DNA of 64,000 bases from the human T2T-CHM13v2.0 reference genome, Homo sapiens. The notes below the pieces were generated by a model. The model was not told the DNA's origin. It did not search any database and saw nothing but the letters and a program-made list of their open reading frames with translations. This document shows, one piece after another, positions 12,396-26,800 of this stretch (positions within the stretch are counted from its first letter, which is position 1; every line of letters starts with the position of its first letter). The translations under genes and the position numbers were made by a program. Where the stretch lies: assembly GCF_009914755.1 (NCBI RefSeq), contig NC_060929.1. One strand, given 5' to 3'.

Positions 12396-14433
12396 GTGCA
12401 ATTGGCAAGTGGAGATTTCAAGCGCTTTAAGGTCAATGGCAGAAAAGGAAATATCTTCGTTTCAAAACTAGAGAGAATCATTCCCAAAAACTGCGTTGTG
12501 ATGTGTTCGTTCATCTCACAGAGTTTAACCTTTCTTTTCATAGAGCAGTTAGGAAACAGTCTGTTTGTAAATTCTGTAAGTGGATATTCTGACATCTTGT
12601 GGCCTTCGTTGGAAACGGGATTTCTTCATATTCTGCTAGACAGAAGAATTCTCAGAATCTTCCTTGTGTTGTGTGTATTCAACTCACAGAGTTGAACGAT
12701 GGTTTACACAGAGCAGATTTGAAACACTCTTTTTGTGGAATTTGCAAGTGGAGATTTCAGCCGCTTTGAGGTCAATGGTAGAAAAGGAAATATCTTCGTA
12801 TAAAAACTAGACAGAATGATTCTCAGAAACTTCTTTGTGATGTGTGCGTTCAACTCACAGAGTTTAACCTTTCTTTTCATAGAGCAGTTAGGAAACACTC
12901 TGTTTGTAAACTCTGCAAGTGGATATTCAGACCTCTTTGAGGCCTTCGTTGGAAACGGGATTTCTTCATACTGTGCTAGACAGAAGAATTCTCAGTAACT
13001 TCCTTGTGTTGTGTGTATTCAACTCACAGAGTTGACCGATCCTTTACACAGAGCAGACTTGTAACACTCTTTTTGTGGAATTTGCAAGTGGAGATTTCAG
13101 CCGCTTTGAAGTCAAAGGTAGAAAAGGGAATATCTTCCTATAAAAACTAGACAGAATGATTCTCAGAAACTCCTTTGTCATGTGTGCGTTCAACTCACAG
13201 AGTTTAACCTTTCTTTTCATAGAGCAGTTAGGAAACACTCTGTTTCTAAAGTCTGCAAGTGGATATTCAGACCTCTTTGAGGCCTTCGTTGGAAACGGGT
13301 TTTTTTCATATAAGGCTAGACAGAAGAATTCCCAGTAACTTCCTTGTGTTGTGTGTGTTCAACTCACAGAGTTGAACTTTCATTTACACAGAGCAGATTT
13401 GAAACACTCTTTTTGTGGAATTTGCAGGTGGAGATTTCAAGCGCTTTGAGGCCAAAGGCAGAAAAGGAAATATCTTCGTATAAAAACTAGACAGAATCAT
13501 TCTCAGAAACTGCTCTGCGATGTGTGCGTTCAACTCTCAGAGTTTAACTTTTCTTTTCATTCAGCAGTTTGGAAACACTCTGTTTGTAAAGTCTGCACGT
13601 GGATAATTTGACCACTTAGAGGCCTTCGTTGGAAACGGGTTTTTTTCATGTAAGGCTAGACAGAAGAATTCTCAGTAACTTCCTTGTGTTGTGTGTATTC
13701 AACTCACAGAGTTGAACGATCCTTTACACAGAGCAGACTTGTAACACTCTTTTTGTGGAATTTGCAAGTGGAGATTTCAGCCGCTTTGAAGTCAAAGGTA
13801 GAAAAGGAAATATCTTCCTATAAAAACTAGACAGAATGATTCTCAGAAACTCCTTTGTGATGTGTGCGTTCAACTCACAGAGTTTAACCTTTCTTTTCAT
13901 AGAGCAGTTAGGAAACACTCTGCTTGTAAAGTCTGCAAGTGGATATTCAGCCCTCTTTGAGGCCTTCGTTGGAAACGGGTTTTTTTCATATAAGGCTAGA
14001 CAGAAGAATTCCCAGTAACTTCCTTGTGTTGTGTGTGTTCAACTCACAGAGTTGAACTTTGATTTACACAGAGCAGATTTGAAACACTCTTTTTGTGGAA
14101 TTTGCAAGTGGAGATTTCAAGCGCTTTGAGGCCAAAGGCAGAAAAGGAAATATCTTCGTATAAAAACTAGACAGAATCATTCTCAGAAACTGCTCTGCGA
14201 TGTGTGCGTTCAACTCTCAGAGTTTAACTTTTCTTTTCATTCAGCAGTTTGGAAACACTCTGTTTGTAAAGTCTGCACGTGGATATTTTGACCACTTAGA
14301 GGCCTTCGTTGGAAACGGGTTTTTTCCTGTAAGGCTAGACAGAAGAATTCCCAGTAACTTCCTTGTGTTGTGTACATTCAACTCACAGAGTTGAACGTTC
14401 CCTTAGACAGAGCAGATTTGAAACACTCTTTTT
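12396..14433 (+). repeat. 12-mer HOR, lineage A
   Basis: Marker spacing 2038 bp; near copy of 6961-8998. Confidence 0.9.
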
Positions 14434-17400
14434 GTGCAATTGGCAAGTGGAGATTTCAAGCGCTTTAAGGTCAATGGCAGAAAAGGAAATATCTTCGTTT
14501 CAAAACTAGAGAGAATCATTCCCAAAAACTGCGTTGTGATGTGTTCGTTCATCTCACAGAGTTTAACCTTTCTTTTCATAGAGCAGTTAGGAAACAGTCT
14601 GTTTGTAAATTCTGTAAGTGGATATTCTGAAATCTTGTGGCCTTCGTTGGAAACGGGATTTCTTCATATTCTGCTAGACAGAAGAATTCTCAGAATCTTC
14701 CTTGTGTTGTGTGTATTCAACTCACAGAGTTGAACGATGGTTTACACAGAGCAGATTTGAAACACTCTTTTTGTGGAATTTGCAAGTGGAGATTTCAGCC
14801 GCTTTGAGGTCAATGGTAGAAAAGGAAATATCTTCGTATAAAAACTAGACAGAATGATTCTCAGAAACTTCTTTGTGATGTGTGCGTTCAACTCACAGAG
14901 TTTAACCTTTCTTTTCATAGAGCAGTTAGGAAACACTCTGTTTGTAAACTCTGCAAGTGGATATTCAGACCTCTTTGAGGCCTTCGTTGGAAACGGGATT
15001 TCTTCATACTGTGCTAGACAGAAGAATTCTCAGTAACTTCCTTGTGTTGTGTGTATTCAACTCACAGAGTTGACCGATCCTTTACACAGAGCAGACTTGT
15101 AACACTCTTTTTGTGGAATTTGCAAGTAGAGATTTCAGCCGCTTTGAAGTCAAAGGTAGAAAAGGGAATATCTTCCTATAAAAACTAGACAGAATTATTC
15201 TCAGAAACTCCTTTGTCATGTGTGCGTTCAACTCACAGAGTTTAACCTTTCTTTTCATAGAGCAGTTAGGAAACACTCTGTTTCTAAAGTCTGCAAGTGG
15301 ATATTCAGACCTCTTTGAGGCCTTCGTTGGAAACGGGTTTTTTTCATATAAGGCTAGAGAGAAGAATTCCCAGTAACTTCCTTGTGTTGTGTGTGTTCAA
15401 CTCACAGAGTTGAACTTTCATTTACACAGAGCAGATTTGAAACACTCTTTTTGTGGAATTTGCAAGTGGAGATTTCAAGCGCTGTGAGGCCAAAGGCAGA
15501 AAAGGAAATATCTTCGTATAAAAACTAGACAGAATCATTCTCAGAAACTGCTCTGCGATGTGTGCGTTCAACTCTCAGAGTTTAACTTTTCTTTTCATTC
15601 AGCAGTTTGGAAACACTCTGTTTGTAAAGTCTGCACGTGGATAATTTGACCACTTAGAGGCCTTCGTTGGAAACGGGTTTTTTTCATGTAAGGCTAGACA
15701 GAAGAATTCTCAGTAACTTCCTTGTGTTGTGTGTATTCAACTCACACAGTTGAACGATCCTTTACACAGAGCAGACTTGTAACACTCTTTTTGTGGAATT
15801 TGCAAGTGGAGATTTCAGCCGCTTTGAAGTCAAAGGTAGAAAAGGAAATATCTTCCTATAAAAACTAGACAGAAAGATTCTCAGAAACTCCTTTGTGATG
15901 TGTGCGTTCAACTCACAGAGTTTAACCTTTCTTTTCATAGAGCAGTTAGGAAACACTCTGTTTGTAAAGTCTGCAAGTTCATATTCAGACCTCTTTGAGG
16001 CCTTCGTTGGAAACGGGTTTTTTTCATATAAGGCTAGAGAGAAGAATTCCCAGTAACTTCCTTGTGTTGTGTGTGTTCAACTCACAGAGTTGAACTTTCA
16101 TTTACACAGAGCAGATTTGAAACACTCTTTTTGTGGAATTTGCAAGTGGAGATTTCAAGCGCTTTGAGGCCAAAGGCAGAAAAGGAAATATCTTCGTATA
16201 AAAATTAGACAGAATCATTCTCAGAAACTGCTCTGTGATGTGTGCGTTCAACTCTCAGAGTTTAACTTTTCTTTTCATTCAGCAGTTTGGAAACACTCTG
16301 TTTGTAAAGTCTGCACGTGGATAATTTGACCACTTAGAGGCCTTCGTTGGAAACGGGTTTTTTTCATGTAAGGCTAGACAGAAGAGTTCTCAGTAACTTC
16401 CTTGTGTTGTGTGTATTCAACTCACACAGTTGAACGATCCTTTACAGAGAGCAGACTTGTAACACTCTTTTTGTGGAATTTGCAAGTGGAGATTTCAGCC
16501 GCTTTGAAGTCAAAGTAGAAAAGGAAATATCTTCCTATAAAAACTAGACAGAATGATTCTCAGAAACTCTTTTGTGATGTGTGCGTTCAACTCACAGAGT
16601 TTAACCTTTCTTTTCATAGAGCAGTTAGGAAACACTCTGTTTGTAAAGTCTGCAAGTGGATATTCAGACCTCTTTGAGGCCTTCGTTGGAAACGGGTTTT
16701 TTTCATATAAGGCTAGACAGAAGAATTCCCAGTAACTTCCTTGTGTTGTGTGTGTTCAACTCACAGAGTTGAACTTTCATTTACACAGAGCAGATTTGAA
16801 ACACTCTTTTTGTGGAATTTGCAGGTGGAGATTTCAAGCGCTTTGAGGCCAAAGGCAGAAAAGGAAATATCTTCATATAAAAACTAGACAGAATCATTCT
16901 CAGAAACTGCTCTGCGATGTGTGCGTTCAACTCTCAGAGTTTAACTTTTCTTTTCATTCAGCAGTTTGGAAACACTCTGTTTGTAAAGTCTGCACGTGGA
17001 TAATTTGACCACTTAGAGGCCTTCGTTGGAAACGGGTTTTTTTCATGTAAGGCTAGACAGAAGAATTCTCAGTAACTTCCTTGTGTTGTGTGTATTCAAC
17101 TCACACAGTTGAACGATCCTTTACACAGAGCAGACTTGTAACACTCTTTTTGTGGAATTTGCAAGTGGAGATTTCAGCCGCTTTGAAGTCAAAGGTAGAA
17201 AAGGAAATATCTTCCTATAAAAACTAGACAGAATGATTCTCAGAAACTCCTTTGTGATGTGTGCGTTCAACTCACAGAGTTTAACCTTTCTTTTCATAGA
17301 GCAGTTAGGAAACACTCTGCTTGTAAAGTCTGCAAGTGGATATTCAGCCCTCTTTCAGGCCTTCGTTGGAAACGGGTTTTTTTCATATAAGGCTAGACAG

Positions 17401-17831
17401 AAGAATTCCCAGTAACTTCCTTGTGTTGTGTGTGTTCAACTCACAGAGTTGAACTTTGATTTACACAGAGCAGATTTGAAACACTCTTTTTGTGGAATTT
17501 GCAAGTGGAGATTTCAAGCGCTTTGAGGCCAAAGGCAGAAAAGGAAATATCTTCGTATAAAAACTAGACAGAATCATTCTCAGAAACTGCTCTGCGATGT
17601 GTGCGTTCAACTCTCAGAGTTTAACTTTTCTTTTCATTCAGCAGTTTGGAAACACTCTGTTTGTAAAGTCTGCACGTGGATATTTTGACCACTTAGAGGC
17701 CTTCGTTGGAAACGGGTTTTTTTCCTGTAAGGCTAGACAGAAGAATTCCCAGTAACTTCCTTGTGTTGTGTACATTCAACTCACAGAGTTGAACGTTCCC
17801 TTAGACAGAGCAGATTTGAAACACTCTTTTT
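14434..17831 (+). repeat. 20-mer HOR, lineage A
   Basis: Marker spacing 3398 bp. Confidence 0.9.
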
Positions 17832-20800
17832 GTGCAATTGGCAAGTGGAGATTTCAAGCGCTTTGAGGTCAATGGCAGAAAAGGAAATATCTTCGTTTCA
17901 AAACTAGACAGAATCATTCCCACAAACTGCGTTGTGATGTGTTCGTTCAACTCACAGAGTTTAACCTTTCTTTTCATAGAGCAGTTAGGAAACAGTCTGT
18001 TTGAAAATTCTGTAAGTGGATATTCTGACATCTTGTGGCCTTCGTTGGAAACGGGATTTCTTCATATTCTGCTAGACAGAAGAATTCTCAGAATCTTCCT
18101 TGTGTTGTGTGTATTCAACTCACAGAGTTGAACGATGGTTTACACAGAGCAGATTTGAAACACTCATTTGGTGGAATTTGCAAGTGGAGATTTCAGCCGC
18201 TTTGAGGTCAATGGTAGAAAAGGAAATATCTTCGTATAACAACTAGACAGAATGATTCTCAGAAACTTCTTTGTGATGTGTGTGTTCAACTCACAGAGTT
18301 TAACCTTTCTTTTCATAGAGCAGTTAGGAAACACTGTGTTTTTAAACTCTGCAAGTGGATATTCAGACCTCTTTGAGGCCTTCGTTGGAAACGGGATTTC
18401 TTCATACTGTGCTAGACAGAAGAATTCTCAGTAACTTCCTTGTGTTGTGTGTATTCAACTCACAGAGTTGAACGATCCTTTACACAGAGCAGACTTGAAA
18501 CACTCTTTTTGTGGAATTTGCAAGTGGAGATTTCAGCCGCGTTGAGGTCAATGGTAGAAAAGGAAATATCTTCGTATAAAAACTAGACAGAATGATTCTC
18601 AGAAACTCCTTTGTGATGTGTGTGTTCAACTCACAGAGTTTAACATTTCTTTTCATAGAGCAGTTAGGAAACACTCTGTTTGTAAAGTCTGCAAGTGGAT
18701 ATTCAGACCTCTTTGAGGCCTTCGTTGGAAACGGGTTTTTTTCATATAAGGCTAGACAGAAGAATTCCCAGTAACTTCCTTGTGTTGTGTGTGTTCAACT
18801 CACAGAGTTGAACTTTCATTTACACAGAGCAGATTTGAAACACTCTTTTTGTGGAATTTGCAAATGGAGATTTCAAGCGCTTTGAGGCCAAAGGCAGAAA
18901 AGGAAATATCTTCGTATAAAAACTAGACAGAATCATTCTCAGAAACTGCTCTGCGATGTGTGCGTTCAACTCTCAGAGTTTAACTTTTCTTTTCATTCAG
19001 CAGTTTGGAAACACTCTGTTTGTAAAGTCTGCACGTGGATAATTTGACCACTTAGAGGCCTTCGTTGGAAACGGGTTTTTTTCATGTAAGGCTAGACAGA
19101 AGAATTCTCAGTAACTTCCTTGTGTTGTGTGTATTCAACTCACAGAGTTGAACGATCCTTTACACAGAGCAGACTTGTAACACTCTTTTTGTGGAATTTG
19201 CAAGTGGAGATTTCAGCCGCTTTGAAGTCAAAGGTAGAAAAGGAAATATCTTCCTATAAAAACTAGACAGAATGATTCTCAGAAACTCCTTTGTGATGTG
19301 TACGTTCAACTCACAGAGTTTAACCTTTCTTTTCATAGAGCAGTTAGGAAACACTCTGTTTGTAAAGTCTGCAAGTGGATATTGAGACCTCTTTGAGGCC
19401 TTCGTTGGAAACGGGTTTTTTTCATATAAGGCTAGACAGAAGGATTCCCAGTAACTTCCTTGTGTTGTGTGTGTTCAACTCACAGAGTTGAACTTTCATT
19501 TACAATGAGCAGATTTGAAACACTCTTTTTGTGGAATTTGCAAGTGGAGATTTCAAGCGCTTTGAGGCCAAAGGCAGAAAAGGAAATATCTTCGTATAAA
19601 AACTAGACAGAATCATTCTCAGAAACTGCTCTGCGATGTGTGCGTTCAACTCTCAGAGTTTAACTTTTCTTTTCATTCAGCAGTTTGGAAACACTCTGTT
19701 TGTAACGTCTGCACGTGAATAATTTGACCACTTAGAGGCCTTCGTTGGAAACGGGTTTTTTTCATGTAAGGCTAGACAGAAGAATTCTCAGTAACTTCCT
19801 TGTGTTGTGTGTATTCAACTCACAGAGTTGAACGATCCTTTACACAGAGCAGACTTGTAACACTCTTTTTGTGGAATTTGCAAGTGGAGATTTCAGCCGC
19901 TTTGAAGTCAAAGGTAGAAAAGGAAATATCTTCCTATAAAAACTAGACAGAATGATTCTCAGAAACTCCTTTGTGATGTGTGCGTTCAACTCACAGAGTT
20001 TAACCTTTCTTTTCATAGAGCAGTTAGGAAACACTCTGCTTGTAAAGTCTGCAAGTGGATATTCAGCCCTCTTTGAGGCCTTCGTTGGAAACGGGTTTTT
20101 TTCATATAAGGCTAGACAGAAGAATTCCCAGTAACTTCCTTGTGTTGTGTGTGTTCAACTCACAGAGTTGAACTTTGATTTACACAGAGCAGATTTGAAA
20201 CACTCTTTTTGTGGAATTTGCAAGTGGAGATTTCAAGCGCTTTGAGGCCAAAGGCAGAAAAGGAAATATCTTCGTATAAAAACTAGACAGAATCATTCTC
20301 AGAAGCTGCTCTGCGATGTGTGCGTTCAACTCTCAGAGTTTAACTTTTCTTTTCATTCAGCAGTTTGGAAACACTCTGTTTGTAAAGTCTGCACGTGGAT
20401 ATTTTGACCACTTAGAGGCCTTCGTTGGAAACGGGTTTTTTTCCTGTAAGGCTAGACAGAAGAATTCCCAGTAACTTCCTTGTGTTGTGTACATTCAACT
20501 CACAGAGTTGAACGTTCCCTTAGACAGAGCAGATTTGAAACACTCTTTTTGTGCAATTGGCAAGTGGAGATTTCAAGCGCTTTGAGGTCAATGGCAGAAA
20601 AGGAAATATCTTCGTTTCAAAACTAGACAGAATCATTCCCACAAACTGCGTTGTGATGTGTTCGTTCAACTCACAGAGTTTAACCTTTCTTTTCATAGAG
20701 CAGTTAGGAAACAGTCTGTTTGAAAATTCTGTAAGTGGATATTCTGACATCTTGTGGCCTTCGTTGGAAACGGGATTTCTTCATATTCTGCTAGACAGAA

Positions 20801-23800
20801 GAATTCTCAGAATCTTCCTTGTGTTGTGTGTATTCAACTCACAGAGTTGAACGATGGTTTACACAGAGCAGATTTGAAACACTCATTTGGTGGAATTTGC
20901 AAGTGGAGATTTCAGCCGCTTTGAGGTCAATGGTAGAAAAGGAAATATCTTCGTATAACAACTAGACAGAATGATTCTCAGAAACTTCTTTGTGATGTGT
21001 GTGTTCAACTCACAGAGTTTAACCTTTCTTTTCATAGAGCAGTTAGGAAACACTGTGTTTTTAAACTCTGCAAGTGGATATTCAGACCTCTTTGAGGCCT
21101 TCGTTGGAAACGGGTTTCTTCATACTGTGCTAGACAGAAGAATTCTCAGTAACTTCCTTGTGTTGTGTGTATTCAACTCACAGAGTTGAACGATCCTTTA
21201 CACAGAGCAGACTTGAAACACTCTTTTTGTGGAATTTGCAAGTGGAGATTTCAGCCGCGTTGAGGTCAATGGTAGAAAAGGAAATATCTTCGTATAAAAA
21301 CTAGACAGAATGATTCTCAGAAACTCCTTTGTGATGTGTGTGTTCAACTCACAGAGTTTAACATTTCTTTTCATAGAGCAGTTAGGAAACACTCTGTTTG
21401 TAAAGTCTGCAAGTGGATATTCAGACCTCTTTGAGGCCTTCGTTGGAAACGGGTTTTTTTCATATAAGGCTAGACAGAAGAATTCCCAGTAACTTCCTTG
21501 TGTTGTGTGTGTTCAACTCACAGAGTTGAACTTTCATTTACACAGAGCAGATTTGAAACACTCTTTTTGTGGAATTTGCAAATGGAGATTTCAAGCGCTT
21601 TGAGGCCAAAGGCAGAAAAGGAAATATCTTCGTAGAAAAACTAGACAGAATCATTCTCAGAAACTGCTCTGCGATGTGTGCGTTCAACTCTCAGAGTTTA
21701 ACTTTTCTTTTCATTCAGCAGTTTGGAAACACTCTGTTTGTAAAGTCTGCACGTGGATAATTTGACCACTTAGAGGCCTTCGTTGGAAACGGGTTTTTTT
21801 CATGTAAGGCTAGACAGAAGAATTCTCAGTAACTTCCTTGTGTTGTGTGTATTCAACTCACAGAGTTGAACGATCCTTTACACAGAGCAGACTTGTAACA
21901 CTCTTTTTGTGGAATTTGCAAGTGGAGATTTCAGCCGCTTTGAAGTCAAAGGTAGAAAAGGAAATATCTTCCTATAAAAACTAGACAGAATGATTCTCAG
22001 AAACTCCTTTGTGATGTGTACGTTCAACTCACAGAGTTTAACCTTTGTTTTCATAGAGCAGTTAGGAAACACTCTGTTTGTAAAGTCTGCAAGTGGATAT
22101 TCAGACCTCTTTGAGGCCTTCGTTGGAAACGGGTTTTTTTCATATAAGGCTAGACAGAAGGATTCCCAGTAACTTCCTTGTGTTGTGTGTGTTCAACTCA
22201 CAGAGTTGAACTTTCATTTACAAAGAGCAGATTTGAAACACTCTTTTTGTGGAATTTGCAATTGGAGATTTCAAGCGCTTTGAGGCCAAAGGCAGAAAAG
22301 GAAATATCTTCGTATAAAAACTAGACAGAATCATTCTCAGAAACTGCTCTGCGATGTGTGCGTTCAACTCTCAGAGTTTAACTTTTCTTTTCATTCAGCA
22401 GTTTGGAAACACTCTGTTTGTAAAGTCTGCACGTGGATAATTTGACCACTTAGAGGCCTTCGTTGGAAACGGGTTTTTTTCATGTAAGGCTAGACAGAAG
22501 AATTCTCAGTAACTTCCTTGTGTTGTGTGTATTCAACTCACAGAGTTGAACGATCCTTTACACAGAGCAGACTTGTAACACTCTTTTTGTGGAATTTGCA
22601 AGTGGAGATTTCAGCCGCTTTGAAGTCAAAGGTAGAAAAGGAAATATCTTCCTATAAAAACTAGACAGAATGATTCTCAGAAACTCCTTTGTGATGTGTG
22701 CGTTCAACTCACAGAGTTTAACCTTTCTTTTCATAGAGCAGTTAGGAAACACTCTGCTTGTAAAGTCTGCAAGTGGATATTCAGCCCTCTTTGAGGCCTT
22801 CGTTGGAAACGGGTTTTTTTCATATAAGGCTAGACAGAAGAATTCCCAGTAACTTCCTTGTGTTGTGTGTGTTCAACTCACAGAGTTGAACTTTGATTTA
22901 CACAGAGCAGATTTGAAACACTCTTTTTGTGGAATTTGCAAGTGGAGATTTCAAGCGCTTTGAGGCCAAAGGCAGAAAAGGAAATATCTTCGTATAAAAA
23001 CTAGACAGAATCATTCTCAGAAACTGCTCTGCGATGTGTGCGTTCAACTCTCAGAGTTTAACTTTTCTTTTCATTCAGCAGTTTGGAAACACTCTGTTTG
23101 TAAAGTCTGCACGTGGATATTTTGACCACTTAGAGGCCTTCGTTGGAAACGGGTTTTTTTCCTGTAAGGCTAGACAGAAGAATTCCCAGTAACTTCCTTG
23201 TGTTGTGTACATTCCACTCACAGAGTTGAACGTTCCCTTAGACAGAGCAGATTTGAAACACTCTTTTTGTGCAATTGGCAAGTGGAGATTTCAAGCGCTT
23301 TAAGGTCAATGGCAGAAAAGGAAATATCTTCGTTTCAAAACTAGACAGAATCATTCCCACAAACTGCGTTATGATGTGTTCGTTCATCTCACAGAGTTTA
23401 ACCTTTCTTTTCATAGAGCAGTTAGGAAACAGTCTGTTTGTAAATTCTGTAAGTGGATATTCTGACATCTTGTGGCCTTCGTTGGAAACGGGATTTCTTC
23501 ATATTCTGCTAGACAGAAGAATTCTCAGAATCTTCCTTGTGTTGTGTGTATTCAACTCACAGAGTTGAACGATGGTTTACACAGAGCAGATTTGAAACAC
23601 TCATTTGGTGGAATTTGCAAGTGGAGATTTCAGCCGCTTTGAGGTCAATGGTAGAAAAGGAAATATCTTCGTATAACAACTAGACAGAATGATTCTCAGA
23701 AACTTCTTTGTGATGTGTGCGTTCAACTCACAGAGTTTAACCTTTCTTTTCATAGAGTAGTTAGGAAACACTCTGTTTGTAAACTCTGCAAGTGGATATT

Positions 23801-26800
23801 CAGACCTCTTTGAGGCCTTCGTTGGAAACGGGATTTCTTCATACTGTGCTAGACAGAAGAATTCTCAGTAACTTCCTTGTGTTGTGTGTATTCAACTCAC
23901 AGAGTTGACCGATCCTTTACACAGAGCAGACTTGTAACACTCTTTTTGTGGAATTTGCAAGTGGAGATTTCAGCCGCGTTGAGGTCAATGGTAGAAAAGG
24001 AAATATCTTCGTATAAAAACTAGACAGAATGATTCTCAGAAACTCCTTTGTGATGTGTGTGTTCAACTCACAGAGTTTAACATTTCTTTTCATAGAGCAG
24101 TTAGGAAACACTCTGTTTGTAAAGTCTGCAAGTGGATATTCAGACCTCTTTGAGGCCTTCGTTGGAAACGGGTTTTTTTCATATAAGGCTAGACAGAAGA
24201 ATTCCCAGTAACTTCCTTGTGTTGTGTGTGTTCAACTCACAGAGTTGAACTTTCATTTACACAGAGCAGATTTGAAACACTCTTTTTGTGGAATTTGCAA
24301 ATGGAGATTTCAAGCGCTTTGAGGCCAAAGGCAGAAAAGGAAATATCTTCGTATAAAAACTAGACAGAATCATTCTCAGAAACTGCTCTGCGATGTGTGC
24401 GTTCAACTCTCAGAGTTTAACTTTTCTTTTCATTCAGCAGTTTGGAAACACTCTGTTTGTAAAGTCTGCACGTGGATAATTTGACCACTTAGAGGCCTTC
24501 GTTGGAAACGGGTTTTTTTCATGTAAGGCTAGACAGAAGAATTCTCAGTAACTTCCTTGTGTTGTGTGTATTCAACTCACAGAGTTGAACGATCCTTTAC
24601 ACAGAGCAGACTTGTAACACTCTTTTTGTGGAATTTGCAAGTGGAGATTTCAGCCGCTTTGAAGTCAAAGGTAGAAAAGGAAATATCTTCCTATAAAAAC
24701 TAGACAGAATGATTCTCAGAAACTCCTTTGTGATGTGTACGTTCAACTCACAGAGTTTAACCTTTCTTTTCATAGAGCAGTTAGGAAACACTCTGTTTGT
24801 AAAGTCTGCAAGTGGATATTGAGACCTCTTTGAGGCCTTCGTTGGAAACGGGTTTTTTTCATATAAGGCTAGACAGAAGGATTCCCAGTAACTTCCTTGT
24901 GTTGTGTGTGTTCAACTCACAGAGTTGAACTTTCATTTACAATGAGCAGATTTGAAACACTCTTTTTGTGGAATTTGCAAGTGGAGATTTCAAGCGCTTT
25001 GAGGCCAAAGGCAGAAAAGGAAATATCTTCGTATAAAAACTAGACAGAATCATTCTCAGAAACTGCTCTGCGATGTGTGCGTTCAACTCTCAGAGTTTAA
25101 CTTTTCTTTTCATTCAGCAGTTTGGAAACACTCTGTTTGTAACGTCTGCACGTGAATAATTTGACCACTTAGAGGCCTTCGTTGGAAACGGGTTTTTTTC
25201 ATGTAAGGCTAGACAGAAGAATTCTCAGTAACTTCCTTGTGTTGTGTGTATTCAACTCACAGAGTTGAACGATCCTTTACACAGAGCAGACTTGTAACAC
25301 TCTTTTTGTGGAATTTGCAAGTGGAGATTTCAGCCGCTTTGAAGTCAAAGGTAGAAAAGGAAATATCTTCCTATAAAAACTAGACAGAATGATTCTCAGA
25401 AACTCCTTTGTGATGTGTGCGTTCAACTCACAGAGTTTAACCTTTCTTTTCATAGAGCAGTTAGGAAACACTCTGCTTGTAAAGTCTGCAAGTGGATATT
25501 CAGCCCTCTTTGAGGCCTTCGTTGGAAACGGGTTTTTTTCATATAAGGCTAGACAGAAGAATTCCCAGTAACTTCCTTGTGTTGTGTGTGTTCAACTCAC
25601 AGAGTTGAACTTTCATTTACACAGAGCAGATTTGAAACACTCTTTTTGTGGAATTTGCAAGTGGAGATTTCAAGCGCTTTGAGGCCAAAGGCAGAAAAGG
25701 AAATATCTTCGTATAAAAACTAGACAGAATCATTCTCAGAAGCTGCTCTGCGATGTGTGCGTTCAACTCTCAGAGTTTAACTTTTCTTTTCATTCAGCAG
25801 TTTGGAAACACTCTGTTTGTAAAGTCTGCACGTGGATATTTTGACCACTTAGAGGCCTTCGTTGGAAACGGGTTTTTTTCCTGTAAGGCTAGACAGAAGA
25901 ATTCCCAGTAACTTCCTTGTGTTGTGTACATTCAACTCACAGAGTTGAACGTTCCCTTAGACAGAGCAGATTTGAAACACTCTTTTTGTGCAATTGGCAA
26001 GTGGAGATTTCAAGCGCTTTGAGGTCAATGGCAGAAAAGGAAATATCTTCGTTTCAAAACTAGACAGAATCATTCCCACAAACTGCGTTGTGATGTGTTC
26101 GTTCAACTCACAGAGTTTAACCTTTCTTTTCATAGAGCAGTTAGGAAACAGTCTGTTTGAAAATTCTGTAAGTGGATATTCTGACATCTTGTGGCCTTCG
26201 TTGGAAACGGGATTTCTTCATATTCTGCTAGACAGAAGAATTCTCAGAATCTTCCTTGTGTTGTGTGTATTCAACTCACAGAGTTGAACGATGGTTTACA
26301 CAGAGCAGATTTGAAACACTCATTTGGTGGAATTTGCAAGTGGAGATTTCAGCCGCTTTGAGGTCAATGGTAGAAAAGGAAATATCTTCGTATAACAACT
26401 AGACAGAATGATTCTCAGAAACTTCTTTGTGATGTGTGTGTTCAACTCACAGAGTTTAACCTTTCTTTTCATAGAGCAGTTAGGAAACACTGTGTTTTTA
26501 AACTCTGCAAGTGGATATTCAGACCTCTTTGAGGCCTTCGTTGGAAACGGGTTTCTTCATACTGTGCTAGACAGAAGAATTCTCAGTAACTTCCTTGTGT
26601 TGTGTGTATTCAACTCACAGAGTTGAACGATCCTTTACACAGAGCAGACTTGAAACACTCTTTTTGTGGAATTTGCAAGTGGAGATTTCAGCCGCGTTGA
26701 GGTCAATGGTAGAAAAGGAAATATCTTCGTATAAAAACTAGACAGAATGATTCTCAGAAACTCCTTTGTGATGTGTGTGTTCAACTCACAGAGTTTAACA

